A stretch of 62,911 nt of DNA, filler included, from Octopus bimaculoides (lineage: Eukaryota), in the NCBI RefSeq assembly GCF_001194135.2. It is 6 parts of 6 records of this genome, joined end to end, with 100 filler letters (N's around TTAATTAATTAA, not from the genome) between each part and the next. Parts side by side here need not be neighbours in the genome. Positions count along the whole stretch, not along the records: positions 1 to 14,716 come from NC_068993.1; 5 more parts are not named here. The stretch is one strand, 5' to 3'. The translations under genes were made by a program, and so were the position numbers. The notes below the pieces were generated by a model that saw only the letters and a program-made list of their open reading frames with translations, searched no databases and was not told the origin of the DNA. Of this stretch, positions 1-12,731 are shown in pieces; positions within the stretch are counted from its first letter, which is position 1; every line of letters begins with the position of its first letter.

Positions 1-51
<51 letters not shown>

Positions 52-1147
52 CTTATATACATACACGCATATGTACATAAATACACAAGCACACACATAC
101 ACACTTGAAATTTATCTACACATAGCAATAATTATTTAAGTATGTGTGTGCATACATTCACATAAACCCAAGAAAGAGGCAAGTACATTATCAAACAGCA
201 TGTGAAATACCTTATAGGAATATGTGGAATTATAATTACGTGCATGCATATCGATTTACATACATATACACATGTGCATGAATACGTAGATACTCACGCA
301 AACACACGCGTGCGCATACGTAATTGCGTGCGTATGTATACATACACTTAGAACCACGCTAATTGTTTAGGAGTGAAATTTAGGATTTCTCGGTTTTCTG
401 TCAATCGATTTTAATAAAACTTTTTCCAGCTGGTATGCACACTATGACAACAGTATTGTTATGCTTTCATTATTCTGTGTAATGTCCTTTCTTTTTTTTT
501 TTCAGATTCTTCACATTTGGAGTGAACCACACTAACAGCTTTTCAATGAAAAGAGTCCATCTAGACATTTTTTCCAGAGAATGTAGGGTAATGATACATA
601 TTAAGCATACATTGAGTATATGTTTAATAGAAAACCATAATAAAACACTTCCAATCTGGAGAAGATGCAAAAACAGCCTTTCGTGATTTCATCACGTCTT
701 GCTCTCCAGAATTCTTTGCTACCGGCGTAAATAAACTACCGATAAAATGACAAAATTGTGTTGATAATTTAGCTGCATACTTTGATTAACTGCATAGCTT
801 TTGTTCTAAAAAAAAGCCAAAAGAATTATTCCCGCATGATGTACTAGTTGCCTGGCCCTCTCTCTCTCTCTCTGTGCCTATCTCTCCTTGCCTCTCTCTG
901 CCCCACTCTCTCTGAATCACTCTTTCTCTCTCTTCCTCTCTATCCTCGATTCCTGCAGGACCCTAGCTATATATAAGCAGTCTCTCCTAATTGTCTTCCA
1001 ATCTATCTACTGACAGAATTACGACGAAGTTATCTTGGCTGGTGGTATACATCTCAAAAGTAAATATACTCTCCTCATCATCTCATTATACTGTTTTATC
1101 GTGCGGACACTACCTGCTGTTTGAATGTTTTATTATTTTTCATTTCA

Positions 1148-1425
1148 GATAACAGTGTGATGTGTATGGGGGATCTGAATAGAGGAAGTACGTTCGGTGT
1201 CTCGCAGCTGTACCTTTCCAGGGATGGTTAGGTGGACAGGCATCACTGGTTCTCATTGAACTCCTAAACTCTTACATGATGGCTTCCAATAACACACTCC
1301 AATATCTCACTTTAGCTGGTGGGCTATAACCAAGTGATAGGTCGGTGTTATTAGACGAAATGATTGTACAATTCAACAGCAAAGTAAAGAAATGAAGAAC
1401 AGCCCGTGACCGTCAACCTGGTATA
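1148..1425 (+). mobile_element. Possible decayed AP/EEP endonuclease fragment of a non-LTR retrotransposon
   Basis: Frameshifted and stop-containing translation VMCMGDLN...LIELLNSY...NNT...LLDEMIV loosely resembles the GDxN / NT / ID motifs of LINE endonucleases. Confidence 0.3.
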
Positions 1426-1794
1426 AGTGCGTATATATGTATAGACTTATAACGCTAATCGTTAAATGTCTCTCCTAGATTTGCTCTTCATTCTCTCTCC
1501 CAATATCTATATGAATTCCGATTACTAACTATATATAAACGCTTCATCCACATGTGAATTTGAATTATTTGATTTTATGTCTGAAGAATTTCTTATAAAA
1601 CATTTCTTTACATGTTTATCCTACATGTACAAATTTATAATTCCTATTAGCAACTGAAACATGTGTAATAGTGAATAAATGATACAAAAAATTTCATTCC
1701 AACGTCTTGTTTTGAGACACACACAACAGATATATGATAAACAAATTAATGAGAACACAACGTGCTTTTATCATTCTTATTTATTTTTGTTCCA

Positions 1795-2920
1795 TATACA
1801 ATTAGCATTTTAATATTTGTAAACAATATTGTTTCGACATTTCGTGTCTCACTGGTGCAAAAAGATTTAAAGGTACATGAATTATATTATATTTGGCAAG
1901 ATTTCAGAAAATACCAGGAATACCATACAAATTGACGGTTAGATGTAGAAAGAAATATTTAATAAAAATGAATATGGTTCATAATTCTGTTCAGATCAAA
2001 TTGAGAAGTTTTGCAATTTATCAAAACAGCCGCAATATCATCCTGTGGTGACTTTGGCAGTAGGATCTGTTTTAATAAAGCTGGATTTTATGGAAAAAAT
2101 TTTGATTCCATTTATTCTGTGTCTGTGTATTTTAAAAGATGTCAGGACATCCATTTCCTCTGCAAATTCATGGATGTCAAGATAACCATTTCTTCATCGG
2201 CCAAATTATTTAGACAAACTACTCTCACAACGATGGTTATTATGTTTGATATATTCGGTTGAGACTTCTGCCTCTGTATAAACTCATTTCTCATTGGTTA
2301 TTCAGCTTCTTTGAAAGGGAGAGAAATCACAATAGTGCATTAATTAAACAGTAGACACTATATATTTTCATTTTTTGATATTCCATTGATTTCAATTAAC
2401 ATAATTCGTCTTTTAATTTTTACAGAAAACATGTTTCGACTTGTCGTTTCTCATCAGTGCAGTGTTTTGGAGGTATATTATATAATCCTTTCTACTATAG
2501 GCACAAGGCCTGAAAGTTGGGGAAGAGGAATAGTCGATTACATCGACCCCAGTACTCAACTGGTACTTAATTTAACTACCCCAAAAGGATGAAAGGCAAA
2601 GTCGACCTCGGTTGAATTTGAACTCAGAACGTAGCGACAGAAGAAATACTACTAAGCATTTCGCCCGGCGTTCTAACGATTCTGCCAGCTCGCCGCCTTT
2701 GAGGTATATTTTATATTTGGCAAGAATTCAGGAACAAAATAAATTAAGGAATTTTTTGAAAATAAACGGAAATATTTGTTGATAAATGGTATATAATTTA
2801 TCTCAGATCGGATAGAAAGAAAAATTTGATTCATTCAAACTATAATTTCTGCTGAGGTTAGAAGTAAACCAATCTTCAAGAGTACTAAATTTTATGTAGA
2901 AGATTTTGATTTAAATTCTT
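1795..2920 (-). mobile_element. Two diverged tandem copies of a Penelope-like pseudo-LTR segment, each with a minimal hammerhead relic
   Basis: 1795-2110 aligns by eye with 2395-2479 plus 2711-2915 (shared gtttcgac, atatttggcaaga, gaaatattt, tcagatc, ttttgatt). Hammerhead-like cores lie at 1861-1816 and 2461-2423 on the minus strand. Confidence 0.55.
2480..2700 (-). mobile_element. tRNA-derived SINE, family A
   Basis: Minus-strand head ggcggcgagctggcagaatcgttag (A box) and gagttcaaattc (B box). 10-bp TSD GAGGTATATT at 2470-2479 and 2701-2710. Confidence 0.9.
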
Positions 2921-3080
2921 TTGAATTTAAATGAAGATCTTCTACTTCATGTTCGTTCTTATTTAGATCAGTGTCTTCAGATAATACAAATCTCCTACAA
3001 TTGCTGTACTACAATGGACATGTTCATACATTTACTTTAAAATATTGCTGTACTCTTAATGGACAAGTTCATACATTTGC

Positions 3081-3865
3081 CTTAAAATATTGCAGCCGAG
3101 AATAACATTTTAAAAATTTACTATATTTTATTAAAACAAAAATTATAAAAACATTACTGGGCTTCTATCCAGAAATTCTATTCATGTATAGCCCCACTAA
3201 TTTTTATTTTCAGAAAAAAATTTATTTAAGCAAAATTATCTAAGTCGATATTTAAGTCCATGGGCTTATTTTTGGAAAAAGCAATATTTTAAAAATGTAA
3301 TAAAATAGAATTCACTCAAAAAATACAGTAGAATTCGCCTAATTAGTCATCTCTACGAAAAAAATTGAAAGTAACCAATTAGGTGAAGTAACGGAGTAGC
3401 CAAAGACGAATTAGACTAATTCTACTGTATTAATGCTAACTAATAAATTTTACATGTGGTTTATTTGTCAGATTAAATTAATTATTCTTTAATGTGGAAG
3501 AATTTACTGAGCATATGGTTGATTTGAAACCATTTAATAACCATTCTACTGTGTTCAATTTTTTTTTGTAATGGGATTTCTATTCAACTGAAAAAAAAAA
3601 ATCTTGTGCAATATTATTTACAATTTCATATCTTATTGTTTGTACTTGATACAACTAAATAAAATGACTATTTCTATTGTATATTTCAAAAGACATGATT
3701 AAAAAAATTTTGTCTAAATTTATTTTTGATTCTTTTTGTACCATGCTTTTAAAGATTTACTTGTTTTTTAGATTATCATAATACATAAAACAAGTTATTT
3801 CAAATTTACCTAATATGACGTATTTTAATTAAAAAAAATATTATTCTCGGCTGCAATATTTTAAG
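3081..3865. mobile_element. Non-autonomous DNA transposon with 25-bp terminal inverted repeat, TTAA at both ends (Kolobok-like?)
   Basis: cttaaaatattgcagccgagaataa (3081-3105) is the exact reverse complement of 3841-3865. Confidence 0.7.
3326..3427. mobile_element. pogo/Tigger-type MITE nested in the 3081-3865 element
   Basis: TIRs cagtagaattcgcctaattagtc / gacgaattagactaattctactg with TA on both sides (3324-3325, 3428-3429). An orphan TIR copy sits at 3913-3937. Confidence 0.75.
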
Positions 3866-6204
3866 TAGTGTAGAATTTTGATCTTAAGTACCTTTTAGTT
3901 TCCTTTAGAGGTGACGAGTTAGGCAAATTCTACTGTAGAAATCTTATTCTGTACTTTTCCAGGTGTGACAACTTCTGAATAAAAACATGCATGCGCCCGC
4001 ATTTTTCATTGTAATCCACTTTTTTTCCAGGCAATGCAATAAAACTAATAGATATTCCTTTGTTAAAGGATATTTCAATTAAATGAAACCTACCTGTATA
4101 TTTATTTCCTTTAAAATCAATAATTTTTTAGGATAATGAGAAATGTAATTATAATTGTAAAAATATATTAGATCCTATATCTCCACTGTATATAAATTTT
4201 TTTATACTGAAACGAAGTGCATAATACGAACGCGCCAAAAGAAAAAGTGCAAAAATTCATTATGAAAAATAATTTTCTATGTAAAAGTGAATATTAATGT
4301 AATACTAATTTTATTATAAAATCAAGAAATAAATGAGCTATATCTATTTACAGTAAGGAGAGTTAGCAAGAAGAGGTATGAGAATATATCAACTATATAA
4401 TACGAAGATAATTTGATCATATGAATGATAAAGCCATGGCTAATATAAAATTTTAAAAAATGCAAAAATAGCCAATGCACCCACCATAAGGCAGGAGGAG
4501 CTAAGTTAGTTTGTTAGTTGAAATTCATGCAAAATTAAAATAAAGCCTGCAATTCAGCTACTGTTCTTGTCAACTTGCCTGAAAAAAAAAAAAATCTGAA
4601 TACTGATACTCTGAAAATCGAATCATACTATCTGAAAACCTTGTCAATTTACCCTAAGAAATAATAATATAAATTCTGCTGTTCATAATATTGAATTAAA
4701 GTTTAAAAGCAAACAAGAAAATTTATTAAAACTTCAGAAGTTCTTACAATTTTGGTCGTGGTAATGCTTTGATTTCTTTTGTTTAATAAAAATTCTTCCT
4801 TGCATAAAGACTTTGTTTTCATTGCGTGATAGACAACTATCATGTAGAGAATGCCAACTTATAAATCCCGCTTTCTGATTAGGTGAAAAGGATTAAACTT
4901 TAAACCTCAGTGACATTTTTCTGCAATAAGTATGTATGTATGTATATATGTATGTATGTATGCGTATATATGTATGTGTATGTGTGTGTGTCTTTGTGAG
5001 TGTTTATTTACGATTGAAAGCAGAAAAGGGTCCACTTGTCATCATTTGTTGTTAACTCTCTCCTTAAAACTACGTGTTCGTCCCACTCACCTTTGTTTCC
5101 TATCATGGGCGTTTTAAAAGTCACTTACGTGTATGTGCATGTGTGTGTGTGTGTGTGTGTGTGTGTATTTACGCTTTTTGACCGCACATATTTGAAATAT
5201 CAACTTCTTTTTACTGAGCCAAATTTCAAATTTTGCAGTTCAAAATGTAGCTTACGGGTCGACCAATCTAAAAATTATAAACATCAAATTTGTTAAAGAA
5301 AAAACTGAATTAGCGGCAAAGACTAAAAGTGGTCGCGTGTGAGTAAATGTTGACCTTAAGAATATTATTCACACACTACCGTATGTGAATGATTCATATA
5401 TACGAATAGATGTATATGTGTGCGTCTAAATACACGCACTAGCACGTACACACATATAGTTATTGTTTATATGGTCGATGTTGATTAGTAGAGTGGATTA
5501 TACAATATATTATATAAAATGAGAAGGCCTTGACACTGAATCTATGCATATGTTGCTCTACTAAAAATACTAATACAATCGGAAGGGATTACACTATGTC
5601 AACACAAAATATTTGAAACGTATAAACATTTCAACTCCATGATATACTGAAATTGATAGCAACTGTAATAAACCCATACAAACTCCACCAAATTTTTTTT
5701 GATTCATATTCAAATGGCCATAAAAAATCTAATAACTTAATTCGACATCCACAAGACCACTCAAATATTCAAATATTCACAAGAAGGTATTCCCACGTGA
5801 ATGGTGGTTCAGCGTATATGAATGAAATCAGAATAATGTGTTTGACTGCATTCGAGAGAAAGTGAAAATCTATGTGAATCTTGGTAAATATGAAAGTCTT
5901 AACATGAATACGCATTGAAAATGCAATGATGCTTCATATATACACACTGCATGCGTAAATGTACAATGATGGCTTTTTAATATTACATCGTATATCATTA
6001 AACAGTGTTGACTTGTTTTCATAGAGAGTAGCCAAAATGTAATTCTTACACTGACATCTTTAACATTCAAACATTCTTTCATAATCACCATCAATGTTAA
6101 TATCATTAATAACTAAATATTCAAATTTTATTTTTTATGTATTTAAATATCCTATCAATTTGCTTCTCTTATATAAATTACTTTACTGATCAGTAAACAG
6201 ATTC

Positions 6205-6416
6205 TTTTCTGCTCTAGGCACAAGGCTCGAAATTTTTGGGGAAGAGGCCAGTCGATTAGATCGATAACAGTACGCAACTGATACTTAATTTATCGACCCC
6301 GAAAGGATAAAAGGTAAAGTCGAACTCGGCGGAATTTGAACTCTGAACATAAAGACAGACAAAATACCGCTAAGAATTTCGCCCGGCGTGCTAACTTTTC
6401 TGCCATCTCGCCGCCT
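6205..6416 (-). mobile_element. tRNA-derived SINE, family A
   Basis: Same consensus as 2480-2700. TSD GTAAACAGATTC at 6193-6204 and 6423-6434. Confidence 0.9.
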
Positions 6417-9400
6417 TGATAGGTAAACAGATTCGCCACAGCTTATTGTTTTTATCTTTTGACAATCCTTTACACATAACTCCGTATTATTTCGGTAATT
6501 TACGTTTCAGAATACCCAAAATATAGGATTGAACAAAACTATTTTCATAGCACGCCTTCCTTAAATTCTTATTTATATTCTTCATATTTCTAATTAAAAT
6601 GTTTTGAAAAAATTCTCCTATTCAGTAAAAATATTTGGTCGAGAATTTTGCGCCTTCCTTTTATTCTCTTGTATTTCAAGGCTGTCTAGGTGTATATCAC
6701 TTCATTATCTCAGTTGGTGTAGCACACCTTTGTTGCAGATCTGATGAAGTGCCTCTCTATGTTTAAAACTGCCAACAATACGCAAATTTTCGAATTTTCA
6801 CTTCGAATTCTTGCGTAATCTGGCGTTGCAGGTAGAGTTGGTAGAGAAATAATTGTAACGAATCACTAAAGCATGTTAAAGAATTTCCTTTGTCTTCTTC
6901 TTATTTGTATATATATATATATGTGTGTGTGTGTAAAAATAATTATGTTAACGTGATGTATAATTTGTGCAGAGAAGACGAGAAATGAAGTTTTTCTATT
7001 TGCATATTTACAAGATTTTACTATTTTTGCTTTCATTTCTCCTTTTATATTGTTTAGTTCTACCCCGCTCAAAGTGGCGATTTAACTATTCCTGAAAATC
7101 ATATAAAATGTAGTTTGAAGTAAGATGAAACAGAAGCATGTAAATGTACGAACAATAAAGACATCCATTGAAATTCATCATTAAAATGTCTATATATCGA
7201 TTTTAGTTCAGTAATTTTTGTGTAGAAAATGTGCTATACAGAATCTATGTAAATTAGATTACCTCTTAGACTGACTTAAAAAACAGAGGATAAAATTAAT
7301 ACCCTTTTACGGGAACAGTCAGAAATATGTTAACAATTTTGGGAATTCAACCAACTAAGGAGTTGTTTCGTGGTGAGACTAGCTGAGCGAAGAGCTCCTT
7401 TTGGATTGCATTAATGTAACAGAGGTCGAAGGCTGCGTAAAAGTAAGTTGTAATGGCTGGTAACCGTTTGGCACAATCGCTTGTAACTATAAGCTTATAG
7501 TTACAATGGTTTATAACTGTAAACTGTGCATCATTTTGTATTATCAATGTTCCTGCAACTCATCAAAGTGATTAGCTGTGAGGGTCGAGATGTGAAGCGA
7601 GCAGCATAACTTCAAAATCATTACTTGCAACCATTTGCTGGTGGTGAACGTAAATGAAATATGAAGAGTCTTACTCAACTATTTATGTGACAGCCTATAG
7701 ATAGTCTGGAGACAAGCGAACAGTTCATTCGACTCCTTCATTTACAATATCATGCAATTTTGAATTGCTCATTGCTCGGATCAGTTCACTGTAAGAATGC
7801 ATAATTTAACATGATTCAGATTAAAATCTTACAATAGGTAGTAGAGTAATATGTACTTCAAACCTTTCACGAAAGAAATCAGTTACAGATATCAGTTTAT
7901 TTTCGTGCTGTTGCGGCTGATGTCAATGTTGGTTTGATGTATTAGAGACTAAAATGACCTAACAGCAGAGTTGAATAAACTGAAGGGAAAAGTCATATTC
8001 TGTGGGTGTGAGTTCAAATTACTACCATGAATGAATATAATCTTTGTTTTCATCAGCAATTGGCCACATATCATTAAGAACGCTATGTACATATATATTA
8101 CGTGTTGTTAACAGTTTCACTAATTACATAATTCTTCAGTGATGTAAAGCTGTCTATAATAATTCAAATGGCTTTATACTGTAAACAGTAAGAGAAAAAT
8201 CAATTGTGAAAAAAATGAACTATTAATCGATCGAATGACAGGAAGGCAACTCTCGTTGGACATAATAGAAAGGAGAAATGAAAAGAGTTGAAGTGATAAG
8301 GAAGAGTAGGCGTAAAGGAATGAAAAAGTAATAAAATTACATTGAAACGAGCGTTGTTTAAAGTTATTTCTGAATATCGACAAGATGGAGTAAATCTATA
8401 TACTTAAATGAGAAAATCAAGTTTGTAGCAAGGAACCGGGGGACAAAAGTGGAAGGCGAGTCAGAATAAATGCATAGAATTTTTTTCAGGATAACGTAAC
8501 AACTATACAATATAAGTTGATAAATTAATTCGTTATTTAACCCTAAAGTCAACTAATGCCTCAGGTTGAACTGGTTACAACACTGAAAGTACCTTGGCAC
8601 TTAGTCATCTTAACCACCCAGCGGGGGAAGAAGTGCAGACAGTAGTACAGAGTATTGCGGCAGAGAAGTATCCTAGATGCGGCCCGACGCCCTTAGAGTG
8701 TAAGGAGTGTTAATGGCCGATACATTTGCCCGAGGGTGCGTTTTCTCTGAAGAACAGTTGTTTGGTTTTCCCTAGATTTCTTACAACCTGAAATAACAAT
8801 ATCTGTTATATAATTGTCGTATGCTAATGAGTTTATTCGGTAGATTTCTAACTTGGTCAAGCAGGATATATATATTCTTTCGATAATATTTCAAGTTTTA
8901 TTATACATTATATTAGGCGACATTTATTTCGTTAAGTATTTCTGTAAGAAATTTACAATTATGTCATAATGTAAAATGTCATTATTACTTTACTGCATAT
9001 CATTAAGATTTAAACATTCTGTATACTTTATTCATATATTACTTACTGCATTACGCCTTTCTTTCCTCCACCTCTACATATTCTGATCTCATACAAGCTA
9101 TATTGTCTCCGCAGACAGAAATTTATTTTCTTTCTTTGTTGACTACTATTCATACTACACACCCACACCCACCCACACACATGCACACACACATATGCAT
9201 ACACAATTACTATCATCTCCAGATATAGATACACTCAATATATTGGCATCCTCACACCTACCATGATCACCATATTCCCACCTGGTTTCTAATAATTCGC
9301 TGATATTTTTCCTCATTGACTATTTCTCTTTCTCACAATTTTATACTTTCCGTCTGATGAACATTTAGATTCATTGTTTCTTATTTGTCATTCATTGTTC

Positions 9401-9865
9401 TTCTTGTTTTCCTTTTAACGACCATTGTAGTTACATGCGCGCGTGTACGCGCACAAACGCGCAAGCGTGCACACACATATACACACACATACACATAAGC
9501 ACACCAGAAACAAACAAATATGCACGCGCTCATGTGCGCACGGTTGGATGTTTCTGTGTATGTAATTAATTATAAGAAAATGATGGGTTAATCATTCGAA
9601 ACGAAGAGCCGAAAATATTCGCATGTTATTGGACGGTTACGGCCCTTATCCATGAAGATTATTGTAATGTCTATCCTTATCATTAAGTCAAATAACTCTT
9701 TTCTCCTCCTCCTCCTCCTCGTCATCATCATCGGTAGTAACAACACTAGGTGAAACAACAACTGCTATAAAACAGAAAGGAACGTTTCTTCAGGTTGTTA
9801 ATACATAAAATTTAGAGATATGACTATGATGTTTATTTGTTTCGTAAGCAAATGACTGCCATGGT

Positions 9866-10317
9866 TCAGTTTCTTTCGTCTTTTAATACTGAAAGGGGCA
9901 CCGTATTACTTTTATGATACCCTGAATGAGAGTTCCCACTACTCGGAACTGGGCATATGCAGGGAGGGCCACATTCACGTGGAGGAATGAAACAGTTCTT
10001 GGCTTTGTTGACGATATCAAGAGAGTGTTTCCGATCTTTAAATGTATATCTGTACAGCATGAATGTATGATTTCTCGGAGTGTTTTTGCTACACAAGTTC
10101 AGCAGTGTCATTTTGAAAGCCTGTCGAAATTTGACGGACATTATGTTGTACAGTATAGGATTGATTGTCGCGCTGAAGTAGTACAGAATGCCTGATATGT
10201 AGAATATTATCTTTTCTACTTGACGCAGCTTTATTGTCCACTCCTTTACATAAAACACCATGAGGCGCTGGATATGAAACGGCGCCCAACAAATGAAAAA
10301 GGCTACCACAACAGCAA
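9866..10317 (-). CDS. Terminal coding exon of a class A neuropeptide GPCR, PRXamide receptor family (neuromedin U / CAPA / pyrokinin receptor-like): TM6, ECL3, TM7, helix 8, C-tail
   Basis: Translation (x)AVVVAFFICWAPFHIQRL...ISGILYYFSATINPILYNIMSVKFRQAF has the CWxP, FHxQRL, NPxxY and KFRQAF motifs typical of this family. A minus-strand acceptor tttatttctgttgtgtttcAG (AG at 10319-10318) gives a phase-1 start at 10317. Stop at 9868-9866. AATAAA on minus at 9837-9832. Confidence 0.93.
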
Positions 10318-11113
10318 CTGAAACACAACAGAAATAAAATTATAAGCATCATGGCATAGAATTTTAATTCTATAAAATGGACAGAAAGTTTAAAAAGATA
10401 AACTCATAGTACAGCAAAATTCGACATCAACAAACATACAAAACAAAACACCTCGCTTTATTTCACTGTGAGAAAAAAAATCCGAAAAATGTTTAAGATC
10501 AACTAACAACAATCTTACCATTCTGTCTCTGTTTGTCTGCCTATCTGTCTCTCGCTCTCTCCCTGTCCCCTCTCTCTATATATATTTATATATCTGAATA
10601 TTTTCATATCCAATTAAAACAAAAACACCTGCCTATTAAACTGAAGAATTACTCCATACATTTTGTAGAGTACATATTTCTTATCTTTTATAAGAAGAAA
10701 GGTGACAATGACTTCGAAGTTTTGGCGTGTTAGCCTTTATATATATATATCGGTTCATTACGATCTAGTAGAACACGATCAATAGCTCGTAAGTATCTAA
10801 TGTATATATGGCTTATATAAGATACTCAATAGAAACAATAACCAATCGCTAAAATATATCATCCGATGCATCAGTCACGCTTCTCATATCAAAATTAATT
10901 GAGTGAGCCTGATAAAATGACAAAACCTAAATCCTATACCATAACAGATTCAATAGCAACTTACGATTCTAAGTATGAGGTCGTACATGACAGAAAGGAA
11001 TGGAAAATGTAGTTAAGCAGTAAGCACATTTCCAATGCAGAAAAATACTTATTATGAGAGTAAAAGTGTTTCATAATTGATATCATATAATTCTTGAAGA
11101 AATTTGACTCTCT

Positions 11114-11168
<55 letters not shown>

Positions 11169-11334
11169 CCCTCTCTCTCTCTCTCTCTCACACATACACA
11201 CACACATATAAAAGAAAATAAGATGACAAAAGAGAATAATAGTTTTTCTCATGATCTTCATTAACTTACAGTTGATTCTACGATAAGATGCAGTGGACTC
11301 ATAGTTGTGTGCTTGAGTAACACCTTACAGGTTG

Positions 11335-11362
11335 ACGATGATGATGATTATGATGGTGACGG

Positions 11363-11408
<46 letters not shown>

Positions 11409-11458
11409 AACAAGAAGAAGATGATGGAAAAGAAGAAGATGATGGAAAAGAAGAAGAC

Positions 11459-11489
<31 letters not shown>

Positions 11490-11532
11490 AAGAAGAAGAA
11501 GAAGAAGAAGAAGAAGAAGAAGAAGAAGAAGA
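11335..11532 (+). repeat. Compound microsatellite (GAT)n-(AAG)n
   Basis: Direct reading. Confidence 0.97.
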
Positions 11533-12144
11533 AAACTACGACTAAATGTTAAATGCAATCGGATTTTCCGGAATTTACGATGTTTGGTTACATTAGATTA
11601 TGTCTGTAGTGACTTCCATACATAAATGCAACAAAAAAATGTAGCGAAGGTTAAATACAGATATGTCAGAATGGGTGATGAGGTAAAATAGCCGTAAGGT
11701 ATTTCACTGCTTATTTAGAAATAAATGACGAATTCTCTGTAAAACTGACTGAAGAATGTCTAGTGACATCGAGATATTCTATTTATCAGAGCTACAAAAT
11801 CTTACGTTGTCAAGTACTTCTATAGGCACACGATGTTTGTGAAGAAAAACAATGCTGTCCCTGGAAGATGGAATACAGATATACATAATACTCATATATA
11901 AATATAAATGTAAATATATATATAAATACATCTATATATATNNNNNNNNNNNNNNNNNNNNNNNNNNNNNNNNNNNNNNNNNNNNNNNNNNNNNNNNNNN
12001 NNNNNNNNNNNNNNNNNNNNNNNNNNNNNNNNNNNNNNNNNNNNNNNNNNNNNNNNNNNNNNNNNNNNNNNNNNNNNNNNNNNNNNNNNNNNNNNNNNNN
12101 NNNNNNNNNNNNNNNNNNNNNNNNNNNNNNNNNNNNNNNNNNNN

Positions 12145-12195
<51 letters not shown>

Positions 12196-12388
12196 GTATG
12201 TATATATGTATATACATATATATGTAAAAGCATACATACTGTATACGCACATATCCACGCGCGCATGCTCAATCTCGCACACACATGCATGCACACCACA
12301 AACATGAATTTGCTTTCTTGAGGCACCAATATTTTCTGTCAAAAACATCAGGCGCCCAAACAAGATCTATCTATGTATCTATCTATCA

Positions 12389-12426
<38 letters not shown>

Positions 12427-12731
12427 GTGTGTATATATCTGTGTGTATTTGTGTGTGTGTTTATATATATATATATTTATATACGTATATATATATTTAT
12501 ATACGTATATATATATTTATATTTCTCTCACTATATATATATATATGTGTATATATATATACATATACATACATACACATACGCGCACCCACACACACAC
12601 ACATATACAGATGTAGAGAGAGTAATAGAGAGAGTAGGGGAGAGCGTGGGAGGAAAATGAAGCTTAACATAATTTATTGTTTCGGAGAGAAAATTGCCAC
12701 ACCAAAATGAATTTGCTTTAGTTACTTCGCC

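Noticed and set aside
5650-6106. Possible C2H2 zinc finger or transposase remnant
   Set aside because: Only SNNLIRH resembles a finger helix; Cys spacing is absent and stops are frequent
6741-6775. CTGATGA as a hammerhead core (also 9354 and 60140-60134 minus)
   Set aside because: No GAAA or stems at a suitable distance
7540-7800. hAT transposase remnant (MLLASHLDP on minus)
   Set aside because: A single weak motif amid many stops
9926-10352. ORFs 9926-10195 (+) and 10089-10352 (-)
   Set aside because: Shadows of the GPCR exon with no motifs of their own
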